From Promethearchaeota archaeon (GTDB lineage: Archaea > Asgardarchaeota > Lokiarchaeia > Sigyniarchaeales > SOKP01), in NCBI GenBank assembly GCA_048941015.1, contig JBHLNZ010000046.1, forward strand, positions 1 through 24,663: a stretch of DNA of 24,663 nt, in the 5' to 3' direction. The notes below the pieces were generated by a model. The model was not told where the DNA came from. It saw only the letters and a program-made list of their open reading frames with translations, and made no database searches. Position numbers and translations under genes: made by a program. This document shows positions 7,766 to 16,774 of the stretch, one piece after another; position 1 is the first letter of the stretch; each line of letters starts with the position of its first letter.

Positions 7766-9433
7766 TTAATTTATTTCTCTTAGGAAATCTGTTGGTAGTT
7801 CATATTTCATTGTATTGTAAAATATTGAGTAATATTTCTGAAAAAATTCTTCTTTTTTATTTAATACAGAAGGTTTTTTCTCAATTTTAGCTCGACCCTT
7901 AGACCAGAAGAGTTTACCATTATTTTTCAAGTTGAAATTATTTCCTTTTTTAATTATTTTACCTTCTTTTATTACGAATTCAATACTTCTGAATGAATTA
8001 GCTAATTTTAGGTATTCTTTACTTAAATTAGTTTCATTAATATTTATATTCAATATATTTAGATCACCATCAGAACCAAATCCTAAATTACCTTTATAAG
8101 ATCCGATACCCAAAGATTTTGCCGGACTAGCTCTAGTCAATATAACTATATCATTGAAGTTTAGTTCTTTATTAGTATTTATTAGGTGATGATTCTTTAT
8201 TGATTCTTGATTTAAATCTTTCATGAAGTTAGTTCTTGCTTCTTTACTTACTAACCAAGTTATAATTTCGGGGATATCTTCTACCATAGCATAATTAGGA
8301 AAGTTGATTGAGAATTGAATTTGCCAAATGTTTTTAATATTTAGTGCCAAATCCAAAGCATTAGCCCAGATATTAGTATGATTTTTATTTTTTTTATCAA
8401 ACGTTCGAAATGTTGCAAACGTATCACCTTCGAACTCTACAGCGGATCTAATTAATTTAAATGGATTCGCATTGTTTTGTAGTAAATTTATTAACCGACG
8501 ATCATCTGTTATTAACGGATTGATTTCATTAAATCCACAGAACCCTAAATCTAAATCAAACTTGTCATTGTTATTTAACAAATTTACAATATTGTTATTA
8601 TCTCCATCTATATTATAAGAAGAAGCATGTGCTAAATGCATTATTTGATTTCTCTCAAATTTTGAAGTAGTTGGCGAAATTGAGGTTAAATCAAGAGATT
8701 GAATCTTTTCTATCAACTGATTTAAATTTTTTTTCCCTTCTGTATTTTCATATCCTTCTATATGGGCATGAATAGAATGTGGTAATTTTAATTTCTCATT
8801 GTATTTAATGAATTTTTCATAGATATCTATTGGGTTAAAATTGTAAAGTCTGCCCTTTTCAGAAAGATTTTCTCGTAATTTTTGGAAATTCCAGTTTTCT
8901 GCCTCAAACGGATTATATACCTTAAAACCAAATCCTTTAGTTATTTCTAAAAGTTCTGATAAAAATATGGTTGCTTCTTCTTCCATTCCTCTTTGAAATT
9001 CTAACTCTAAAGGCCAATAATTACTCAAATTTAATAAGATGGCTTTATCAAGAACAGGAATTTGTTTTAAGTTAAAAATTGTATGTTTAACTAATGATGG
9101 AAATACATTAGCCTCAAGGATAAATGTAAAACCATTTGATATATAGGATTTTGCAATGCTTTCAAAAGTTAAACCTTTCCATCCTTGCTTAAATTTAGCA
9201 TTGTTTATGCCTAGTAATCTTATCCAACTTAATTGTTGTGATGCTACATGTGAATGAATATCAATTGCTGATGGTATGACTGTTTTCCCTTTTACATTAA
9301 TTTCTTTTACATCTTTTTCATTAGAAAATTTTTCAACAATTTTACCTTCTTCAATTAAAATATCTTTTATTTCACCAGCTAAATCATTAAAAGGATCAAA
9401 AATAAACCCATTTTTTAGTAATAGTTTACTCAT
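7766..9433 (-). CDS. fwdA: Formylmethanofuran dehydrogenase subunit A-like amidohydrolase (divergent)
   Basis: LKNGFIFDP N-terminus, DIHSH, FKVYNP, LPHSIHAH, HLAH and TRASPAKSLG; 555 aa; downstream of fwdB/fwdD-like genes. Canonical TTDHPN reads SINFPN here. Confidence 0.85.
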   Translation of the reverse strand: MSKLLLKNGFIFDPFNDLAGEIKDILIEEGKIVEKFSNEKDVKEINVKGKTVIPSAIDIHSHVASQQLSWIRLLGINNAKFKQGWKGLTFESIAKSYISNGFTFILEANVFPSLVKHTIFNLKQIPVLDKAILLNLSNYWPLELEFQRGMEEEATIFLSELLEITKGFGFKVYNPFEAENWNFQKLRENLSEKGRLYNFNPIDIYEKFIKYNEKLKLPHSIHAHIEGYENTEGKKNLNQLIEKIQSLDLTSISPTTSKFERNQIMHLAHASSYNIDGDNNNIVNLLNNNDKFDLDLGFCGFNEINPLITDDRRLINLLQNNANPFKLIRSAVEFEGDTFATFRTFDKKNKNHTNIWANALDLALNIKNIWQIQFSINFPNYAMVEDIPEIITWLVSKEARTNFMKDLNQESIKNHHLINTNKELNFNDIVILTRASPAKSLGIGSYKGNLGFGSDGDLNILNININETNLSKEYLKLANSFRSIEFVIKEGKIIKKGNNFNLKNNGKLFWSKGRAKIEKKPSVLNKKEEFFQKYYSIFYNTMKYELPTDFLREIN

Positions 9434-9437
9434 TATA

Positions 9438-9812
9438 TTAAATCCCCTTAATCTTATTTATTAAATCATTAAATCGTGAAATTGGGTTTGTAGTAGGCTC
9501 TATTTTTACTTTAAGGTTTTTATAGATAATCTCATTATCTTTAACTGTAGTTAATTGATTTGACCATATTGAAACTGGCATTTGGACCATTCCAAGGGGA
9601 ATATCTTCTTCTTTTTCGACTTTAACTATAATATCTCCGTTTTCATTAAAAATTTTCAAGTTATCATTAGTTTTTAATTCTAATTTGTTATAATCTTCTG
9701 GATTTAGAAATGCAATTGCTAAATTTTGTTCTAAAGTATTCTCATCTCCAAAAGTAAATTCTTTGGCTTGATCATTATCCACCATCCTTACTATATTTAA
9801 CATGCACTCCAC
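9438..9812 (-). CDS. fwdD: Formylmethanofuran dehydrogenase subunit D-like (molybdopterin dinucleotide-binding domain)
   Basis: 124 aa; LNPEDYNKL...NENGDIIV...GMVQMPVSIWSNQL...YKNLKVKIE matches the FwdD pattern; GGGTGA RBS; lies between fwdB and fwdA. Confidence 0.8.
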   Translation of the reverse strand: MECMLNIVRMVDNDQAKEFTFGDENTLEQNLAIAFLNPEDYNKLELKTNDNLKIFNENGDIIVKVEKEEDIPLGMVQMPVSIWSNQLTTVKDNEIIYKNLKVKIEPTTNPISRFNDLINKIKGI

Positions 9813-9815
9813 TTT

Positions 9816-11120
9816 TTATTCACCCTTTTCTTCTACTTTTTTAATAATACTACTTAACAAGGATTCATCCGAAGGAATATTACTTGGAGGATTAATAATT
9901 TTTTTAAGTTGAATTGGCACGTGATCAAGTCTAAATGCTAAACCTTCACATTCAATTCCAGTTATAGCAGTTGGTAATACAACATCAGCTATATTAAAGG
10001 TTGCCGATTTACGATTATCAATAAGAATTATAGGTTTTTGTGCTAGATTTGAGCTTAAATTATATGGTAAATGTGAAATTGCATCGGTACCTACGATGAT
10101 AGAGCAATCAAAGTCTCTACTGGCAATTTTAGATACTATATTATTTTGACTTTGAATTAAATTTCCCTTAGAAAATTCGATTCCCTGATTCTGTCCAGTA
10201 AAAGCTAGAGCCACGTGATCAAAACCATTCATATTAAAATGGCCACCTAATAATATAGTAGTAATTCTCCCTTTCTTTTGTTTCGAGTTAGCCATTTCTA
10301 ATAATTCTAAAAATTCCTTGATCACATTAGAATCTGATTGGCTTTTTAAAACTCCTTGACCAATAAACACTACACCATATTCTGCTTCTGTTAAATGTAA
10401 TATTAATCTTTTGAGGTCATTTCTATCAATACCTGCAACTCCTTCTGTGGGAGTACTGTCAGCAACACAACATTCTTCTTTAAGAGTATGAATCAAATCT
10501 ATGTCCTTATCTGTTTCAATCTGTAAGGCTAAATCTCGTACACCCATAACCCTAAAGGATGCTGTTTTGACAGGATCTATAATAACTAAGGTTTTAATCT
10601 CCCGGCCAGTCATTCTGAATTTACCTCTTGAGAATAGCGTTTTGTTCAGAAGACGAGGGATTGACTCAGCGGGATTAGCACCCCAAAGGACTATTAAATC
10701 TGCTTTATTTATCACTTCTGTAATAGTACTCAATGTTAACCCAGTTTTTACTGATTCATTTAAAACTTTTCCTTGACAAATCGATGCATTAGAATCAATA
10801 AAACCGTTAATATGTCTTGCTAATTCAAGACCCTTTAATTGAGCTTCACATGATACATTAGAAAAACCATATAGTAATGGTTTTGATGAGTTATTAACAA
10901 TATTTAATGCTTTATTTAAGGCTTCTTCCCATGAGACTTTTATTAAATTTCCATTTTTTCTAATCATTGGACTTAATATTCGATTTTTAGCAATTACCTG
11001 ATCAAAACGTTCTTTTCCTTTTAAACAAGCACCAAAAACCTCATCTATAAAAATTCCATCTGTTCTTATAATAATATCATCACAGAGTAAAGAACAGCCA
11101 GAACAAGGTATTCTCTTCAT
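9816..11120 (-). CDS. fwdB: Formylmethanofuran dehydrogenase subunit B-like (divergent)
   Basis: N-terminal CSGCSLLCDD...AC 4Fe-4S motif, DSNASICQG, ADLIVLWGANP, GGHFNMNGF and GLAFRLDHVPI; 434 aa. Confidence 0.88.
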   Translation of the reverse strand: MKRIPCSGCSLLCDDIIIRTDGIFIDEVFGACLKGKERFDQVIAKNRILSPMIRKNGNLIKVSWEEALNKALNIVNNSSKPLLYGFSNVSCEAQLKGLELARHINGFIDSNASICQGKVLNESVKTGLTLSTITEVINKADLIVLWGANPAESIPRLLNKTLFSRGKFRMTGREIKTLVIIDPVKTASFRVMGVRDLALQIETDKDIDLIHTLKEECCVADSTPTEGVAGIDRNDLKRLILHLTEAEYGVVFIGQGVLKSQSDSNVIKEFLELLEMANSKQKKGRITTILLGGHFNMNGFDHVALAFTGQNQGIEFSKGNLIQSQNNIVSKIASRDFDCSIIVGTDAISHLPYNLSSNLAQKPIILIDNRKSATFNIADVVLPTAITGIECEGLAFRLDHVPIQLKKIINPPSNIPSDESLLSSIIKKVEEKGE

Positions 11121-11157
11121 TTTTATTTATACCTTTTTTTTAATGTTAAGATATTAA

Positions 11158-11652
11158 TTATACATATTCAATTTTAATTGCCTCACGTGGACAATACGTT
11201 TCACATACCCGACATTCCCTTTCTCTCCCTTCCGCTTCTAATCTTCTACAATGTTCAAGGTTTAATAATTCACATTTGCCCTTTTTAACTTGAAAAAGTT
11301 GGTGTTTATCAGGAGGATAGTCTGGAGCCTTTCCACTTAAAGAAGGGGGGCAGTATCTGGCATTAACAGGACATACAGTTACACATATTCCACAACCATC
11401 GCATATTTCTTCATCAACATTAATTTTTAGTTCTTTTTGCTTCCCTTCTTCAGAACCAAGTAATTCTTTCAATTGTTCATACTGTTTTTTATACTTTGAT
11501 TCCAAAAGAGGTGGACAATCATCAACCTTAACTTTCCCTTGAAGCAAATCTAAAGCAAAAGCCATACAAGTTGGTTTTCCACATTCTTTACAATTTGTTT
11601 TGGGCAGATATTTATAGAGTTCCATAAAGTTTTGGACTGGAATTAATTTCAC
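11158..11652 (-). CDS. Fe-S protein: N-terminal FeS domain (AcsC/RnfB-type) fused to a FwdG-like 2x[4Fe-4S] ferredoxin
   Basis: LPKTNCKECGKPTCMAFA...CPPL, then CDGCGICVTVCPVNA and C-x11-CRVCETYCP. First gene of the fwd cluster. The start may be ATT 11643 or ATG 11625. Confidence 0.85.
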   Translation of the reverse strand: MKLIPVQNFMELYKYLPKTNCKECGKPTCMAFALDLLQGKVKVDDCPPLLESKYKKQYEQLKELLGSEEGKQKELKINVDEEICDGCGICVTVCPVNARYCPPSLSGKAPDYPPDKHQLFQVKKGKCELLNLEHCRRLEAEGRERECRVCETYCPREAIKIEYV

Positions 11653-11776
11653 CTATTTTAATATTTGCTTTAATTTTCTCTTGAAATATAATATTAGAAG
11701 GCTATTAATTTCTTTAGATTATTGAATATAATTTTTTATCTGAAATTAATTATTTAAAAAGAAACTAGTTGATAAT

Positions 11777-12703
11777 TTAATTGCTATTCCATAATATTTT
11801 TTTGAGTTCTTTATAGATTTTTGTTATTGCAATTGACGCTTGTGAATTTGGGGCATAATTTACCACAGGTTGTGCATAAGACATAGCTTTAGGAATAGAA
11901 AGGTCAAATTTTATTTTACCTAATATTGAATAATCAGTTTTTTTAATGAATTCTTCAAATTCTTTTCGAAATGAGCTCTCTAAATCAGCTTTATTTATAA
12001 CTATTCCAAAAGGAATATTAAATTGATTAACAACCTCAATTACTCTTATCAAATCATGTAAACCTGAAGGGGTTGGTTCTGTAATCGCGATTACATAATC
12101 TAAACCCGAAACTGCGGCAATAACAGGACATCCAATACCAGGAGGTCCATCAATCAAAATAAAATTACTTTCAGGAAATTCTTCTATATCTTCAGCGTAC
12201 CGTTTAACGTCTGAAACTAACTTTCCTGAAGTTGTACTACCTAATCTTGTTTTTCCATAAATTAAAGAAAAGTCCAAATTAGTTTTATAAGCAATAATCT
12301 GCCCGCTTTTAACAGGATGAATTTCAAAAGCATGCTCTGGGCATAATACTTTGCAAGCATTGCAACCCTCACAAGCTAGATAATTAATAACTGGTATTGA
12401 TTTATCTTCATCCCAACTTATTGCATTAAATTCACAGAAATGATCTTCATAACATTGTTTACAATGAACACATTTATCCTCTATAAATGAGGCTTTTAAT
12501 GTAGTATACACTGGTATAGTTTTGATATTATCTTGAGATTCTGGAGGAAGTATTAATGCCAAATTAGGAGCATCAACATCAACATCCATGATAATAGGTT
12601 TAATATTAGGATCTTTATCTGCTAAGCTTGCTAGAGATGCGGCTAAAGAGGTTTTTCCAACACCCCCCTTTCCCGAAATAATACCTATAATTTTTTGCTC
12701 CAA
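11777..12703 (-). CDS. MinD-superfamily P-loop ATPase with inserted ferredoxin domain (COG1149 type)
   Basis: SGKGGVGKT, DVDVDAPNL, CVHCKQC...C, CEGCNACKVLCP, DGPPGIGCPV, TEPTPSGLHDL and INKAD. AGGTGA RBS 6 nt before TTG. Confidence 0.9.
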   Translation of the reverse strand: MEQKIIGIISGKGGVGKTSLAASLASLADKDPNIKPIIMDVDVDAPNLALILPPESQDNIKTIPVYTTLKASFIEDKCVHCKQCYEDHFCEFNAISWDEDKSIPVINYLACEGCNACKVLCPEHAFEIHPVKSGQIIAYKTNLDFSLIYGKTRLGSTTSGKLVSDVKRYAEDIEEFPESNFILIDGPPGIGCPVIAAVSGLDYVIAITEPTPSGLHDLIRVIEVVNQFNIPFGIVINKADLESSFRKEFEEFIKKTDYSILGKIKFDLSIPKAMSYAQPVVNYAPNSQASIAITKIYKELKKILWNSN

Positions 12704-12717
12704 ATAGTATCACCTTT

Positions 12718-13638
12718 TTAATTTTTCTGTTGAATCCATTCTTTAAGATTCTCAAAAATTTTTAAAAATGCTTGATATCCTTCCCCCAGTCTATTAAATT
12801 GACTAGTTTTATCCATAAGAGGTATTCCTTGACAGTAAGAATTAACGATATCTTTATCTAATGGAATATCTCCAAGTATTTGAACACCGATATCTTCCAA
12901 TTCTTTCATAAATTGATCTTTAAAACCCAATAATGAGCTTCGATTTACAATAGCACGATAATCTTTCTTTAGGAGATTAATCAAATCTATTATTCTAACT
13001 AAATCTAATTTTCCAAACTTAGTTGGTTCAGTAACGGGGATTACTACATCCGCATTTCCAATTAAGAGCTCCACATCGCAATGTGCTCCTGGAGCAGTAT
13101 CTAAGATGATAATATCATATTTATTTGGATTGTTATTAATAATGTCTTCTAAATTCTCCATAAGTGTTTCAATAATAGCAGCAGAGCGAGCTTCACCTGG
13201 TTTTAATTCTCCAACTAAAAGATCAACACCATAAGCTTTTGTTGTATAAGTCCAACCTATGACTTTAAAATCTGGTTTAATAGCATCTGAAGGACAGATT
13301 TTGTAACATAATCTACAACCTGAACAAACTGTCAATATTGGTATTGGTATTGAATCATCAACATATAATAATGCATGTGGAATACAATTTTGAGCGCATA
13401 AACCGCATTTTGTGCATTTCTCTTCTATTATTTTTGGTTTAAAAAATAAAACTTCTGAATTTTTTTCTAATTGCCCATTCATCAATAGGTAGGTGTTAGG
13501 ATTTTCACTATCACCATCTATTAATAATGTCTTATATCCAATATTTTTGAACATTATTGCTAAATTTACAGCCACTAAGGTCTTTCCTGTACCTCCCTTT
13601 CCACCAGTTACACAAATAATTTTGGGTTTCTCTGACAT
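12718..13638 (-). CDS. MinD-superfamily P-loop ATPase with inserted ferredoxin domain (COG1149 type), second paralogue
   Basis: GGKGGTGKT, DGDSENPN, CTKCGLCAQNC, CSGCRLCYKICP, DTAPG, TEPTKFGKLDL and VNRS. Confidence 0.9.
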   Translation of the reverse strand: MSEKPKIICVTGGKGGTGKTLVAVNLAIMFKNIGYKTLLIDGDSENPNTYLLMNGQLEKNSEVLFFKPKIIEEKCTKCGLCAQNCIPHALLYVDDSIPIPILTVCSGCRLCYKICPSDAIKPDFKVIGWTYTTKAYGVDLLVGELKPGEARSAAIIETLMENLEDIINNNPNKYDIIILDTAPGAHCDVELLIGNADVVIPVTEPTKFGKLDLVRIIDLINLLKKDYRAIVNRSSLLGFKDQFMKELEDIGVQILGDIPLDKDIVNSYCQGIPLMDKTSQFNRLGEGYQAFLKIFENLKEWIQQKN

Positions 13639-13697
13639 TAGACTAACTGCTTAGATACGTATATACTTTAATCATGTATTATTCAAATGAGAAAAAT

Positions 13698-14123
13698 TTA
13701 AAAATTGCCTCTTCTTCCCATGCCGCCTCCACGACCTCTTCCCATACCATAATGGGCTCCCACATTCGCTGAAGATATCGTTTGCAGATTTCCTTTTAAG
13801 TATAAATCCATAGCTTCTTTAACTGTTAATTGTTTATCGGGCGCTTGATAAATTTTAATATTTAATGCACCTAATGATTGAGCCGCATTTGGTCCTATAA
13901 ATCCAACGATTAATCCATCTGCTTTATTGTTCGCCACTACTTGAGCAGCATGAATTCCTGCACCACCCATAGCATCTGATGCAGGATTAGGCATCGCTTT
14001 TACTTCTTTAATTTCATTGTTTTCTACGGTTATGAAAGTGAAACTTGCACATCTTCCAAAACGAGCAGAAACTTTCTCATTTAGTCCTCCTAATCCACTG
14101 GAAGGAACAGCTATTATAACCAT
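13698..14123 (-). CDS. NifB/NifX-family (FeMo-cofactor-binding-like, COG1433) protein with Gly/Arg-rich tail
   Basis: IAVPS...VSARFGRCASF...NP...GGAGI...IGPNA; tail GMGRGRGGGMGRRG. GAGGAG RBS. Confidence 0.9.
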   Translation of the reverse strand: MVIIAVPSSGLGGLNEKVSARFGRCASFTFITVENNEIKEVKAMPNPASDAMGGAGIHAAQVVANNKADGLIVGFIGPNAAQSLGALNIKIYQAPDKQLTVKEAMDLYLKGNLQTISSANVGAHYGMGRGRGGGMGRRGNF

Positions 14124-14190
14124 ATTATATTTTCTCCTCTTTTATTATTTAGTTATTATTTGAATAGAAAATTCTGTTATTTGAGTTATT

Positions 14191-14607
14191 TTAAAAATTT
14201 TGGTGATGATGGTGTTTAAAATCATCATCTGCTTCTGTGTGAATCTTATCCACACCATAACCTTTACCACCACCTGGCTCACAAAGACTTTCTCCACCTA
14301 AATTCTTGATCTCGCCATTTAATATCCGTTTTATTACATCATCAATCTTTCCTTGGACTCCTACAATAACTTCAATCCCATATTGATTAAAAAAATCTCT
14401 CGCTCGATGGCCCATGCCACCAGAAATCATGTACTGGGCTCCTTGCTTGTGTACAAAACCTGGAATACTACCAACTGTATGCCCTGGATTTGGAAACTCT
14501 TCTTTCTTTACTACTTTATTATTTTCAATAGTTATGAAAGTATATGTAGGAGCTCTCCCAAAATGCCCACTTACATTCCCAGAATCTGAACTTATTGCGA
14601 TTTTCAT
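14191..14607 (-). CDS. NifB/NifX-family protein with His-rich C-terminal tail
   Basis: MKIAIS...VSGHFGRAPTY...NPGH...GGMGHRA; tail SLC...HTEADDDFKHHHH. Start moved from 14637 to ATG 14607 because GAGGT lies just upstream of it. Confidence 0.9.
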   Translation of the reverse strand: MKIAISSDSGNVSGHFGRAPTYTFITIENNKVVKKEEFPNPGHTVGSIPGFVHKQGAQYMISGGMGHRARDFFNQYGIEVIVGVQGKIDDVIKRILNGEIKNLGGESLCEPGGGKGYGVDKIHTEADDDFKHHHHQNF

Positions 14608-14651
14608 ATTAACCTCGCCTTTAAATTTTGAATGCACTCATAAAATCGAAA

Positions 14652-14665
14652 TGAATAATCATTCA
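14652..14665. promoter_or_regulatory. Palindromic operator candidate TGAAT-N4-ATTCA upstream of the NifX/MinD operon
   Basis: TGAATAATCATTCA, about 45 nt upstream of ATG 14607. Confidence 0.65.
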
Positions 14666-14879
14666 AAATATATTGCTATATTAATTAAACACTTTCTACT
14701 ATAAAAATTTAATGATAATAGAATAAAACATGAAAACATTTAGTGTTTTGAAACAATTTTTAAATTAATATGTAAAATTTTAAATAAAAAAATATAATTA
14801 TAAAGAATTACTACCATTTTGAGGTTAGGGATAATTTTAAAAATTACATATCGCATCATGATAATTGAATTTTAACAAT

Positions 14880-15434
14880 ATGTACGCATTAAACTATAAA
14901 ATATATAAGATCTGCATCGTTGGGGATGGCGCAGTCGGAAAAACTACTATTTTACATCAATATGTAGACAAAAAGTTTAAAGAAGACACTTTATTGACGA
15001 TAGGAACTAATTTCTTCATGAAAGAGTTGATTTTAAAAGAGTTTGATGCAGACATTAAATTACAAATCTGGGATCTTGGAGGACAAGATCAGTTTGCCGC
15101 AGTTCGTCCATCTTTTTATGCAGGTGCTAAGGGAGTCATTTATACCTTCGATTTAACGAGAATTGCTACTTTTAATAATTTATTAATTTGGAAAAATGAA
15201 GTTGAAAACGTAATTGGAAATAAAGTAGCAAGTATTTTAGTTGGAAATAAGTTGGACTTAGTGAATGAAACAAATAGAAACGTGAATCTTGAAGACATTT
15301 TAATTCTAAAAGAAAAACTAGGAGTTAAAGAATATTTTGAAACTAGTGCTAAAGAAAATGTAGGTATTGATAATGCTTTTCGAAGATTAGCAATTGATAT
15401 ATATAAATCATTATCACCTCATTCATTAAAATAG
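14880..15434 (+). CDS. Rab-like small GTPase (Ras superfamily, Asgard type)
   Basis: G1 GDGAVGKT, G2 TIGTNF, G3 KLQIWDLGGQ, FYAGA, G4 GNKLD, G5 ETSAK; no C-terminal Cys. The ORF track starts at TTG 14865; ATG 14880 is more likely. Confidence 0.92.
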   Translation: MYALNYKIYKICIVGDGAVGKTTILHQYVDKKFKEDTLLTIGTNFFMKELILKEFDADIKLQIWDLGGQDQFAAVRPSFYAGAKGVIYTFDLTRIATFNNLLIWKNEVENVIGNKVASILVGNKLDLVNETNRNVNLEDILILKEKLGVKEYFETSAKENVGIDNAFRRLAIDIYKSLSPHSLK

Positions 15435-15486
15435 TTTTGAGTTAGTATACTTCTCTTATAATTGTTCGATTATTTCCTTTCCCTCC

Positions 15487-15500
15487 TGAATAATTATTCA
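15487..15500. promoter_or_regulatory. Palindromic operator candidate upstream of mrp
   Basis: Perfect palindrome TGAATAATTATTCA, about 160 nt upstream of the Mrp ATG. Confidence 0.6.
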
Positions 15501-15662
15501 TAAATTTTTTATAATATTTTTCGTTTGAATCTAGTGATAATATAATTCAAATAAGAGTTGACTTTTCAAATTATTATCCATATATTAAAGGAGTATGTTT
15601 AACCTTTTAAAGTAATAATTAGAAAATGTTACACTAAAATATTAGAATTAGATGATAAAATT

Positions 15663-16532
15663 ATGGAAAATGATGAAATTCCAGATTTTGATTTAAAGCA
15701 GACAGTCGAAGAAGGGAAAAAGGCTGCGTTAGATGAACGAATAGAAAATATTCGAAAAAATATGGAGAAAATCAAGCATAAAATAGTTATAATCTCAGGA
15801 AAAGGAGGAGTTGGTAAAACAACTATAGCAGTAAATCTTGCTATAAATTTAGCAAGTGTAGGGTTAAGAGTAGGACTATTAGATGTGGATATTACAGGAC
15901 CTAATGTAGTCAAAATGATAGGTATTAGTCCTGAAGTTAGACCACAGATCGATCCTGAAGCAAAAAAATTCTTTCCTGTTAAAGGCCCTCTTAATCTTAA
16001 AGTTATGAGTATGGCTTTCTTAACTATGAATCCGGATGAGCCAGTTATTTGGAGAGGCCCAATGAAAATGGGAGCCGTTCGGCAATTCTTGGGTGACGCA
16101 GTGTGGGGCGAACTTGATTATTTAGTATGTGATTTACCCCCAGGTACAAGCGACGAGACACTCGACATTTTGCAACTTATTCCGGATGAAAATGTGATAG
16201 TAGTTACTACCCCGCAGGAGGTAGCCCTTATGGACGCTAGAAAAACAATCAAAATGTCTCAGGTAATGGAGAGAAAAGTGCTTGGTATTATAGAAAATAT
16301 GTCCGGTTTTAAATGTCCACATTGTGGTGAATATATAGATTTATATCCACCAGGCGGTGCAGATAAAGCTTCAAAAGATTTTGGAATAGTTTTATTAGGT
16401 AAGATACCATTTGAACCTGAAATAGGTCAGCAAGGAGATCAAGGTTTACCATTTGTCTTAAAATATCCTGACAGTGAAAGCGCGAAAGCTTTTAAATCTA
16501 CTGTAAAAAAAATAAGAGAACAATTGGAATAA
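15663..16532 (+). CDS. mrp: Mrp/ApbC/Nbp35-family Fe-S cluster carrier ATPase
   Basis: SGKGGVGKT, LDVDITGPN, VIWRGPMK, WGELDYLVCDLPPGTSD, VTTPQ and ENMSGFKCPHC. Confidence 0.93.
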   Translation: MENDEIPDFDLKQTVEEGKKAALDERIENIRKNMEKIKHKIVIISGKGGVGKTTIAVNLAINLASVGLRVGLLDVDITGPNVVKMIGISPEVRPQIDPEAKKFFPVKGPLNLKVMSMAFLTMNPDEPVIWRGPMKMGAVRQFLGDAVWGELDYLVCDLPPGTSDETLDILQLIPDENVIVVTTPQEVALMDARKTIKMSQVMERKVLGIIENMSGFKCPHCGEYIDLYPPGGADKASKDFGIVLLGKIPFEPEIGQQGDQGLPFVLKYPDSESAKAFKSTVKKIREQLE

Positions 16533-16774
16533 AACTATTTTTCTTTTACTTAATTATTTTAAAAACCCTTTTTAGAAATTTTAATTAATTCTATCATAGC
16601 TTGTTATTAAATAATTTTAGATGAGAAAAAAAAGGTTAAACTAAGCAATTTTCTAAAAATTCATAGGATATATATTCTCATATTATAAACTCTGATTAAT
16701 TCATAAAGATTTTAAAAGGGTAATAGTATTAATTATTTGAATAATTGGAAATCGACTAAATTATATTCTAAGGG

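Noticed and set aside
10770-10780. Possible selenocysteine at the FwdB metal-ligand position
   Set aside because: The codon is TGT (Cys); there is no in-frame TGA in the gene.
13698-14607. NifB/NifX and NifU-like genes as evidence of nitrogen fixation
   Set aside because: No nifH/D/K in the window; these families are common in non-diazotrophs.
14733-14749. Inverted repeat AAAACA-N5-TGTTTT upstream of the Rab-like gene
   Set aside because: Single short AT-rich instance; could arise by chance.
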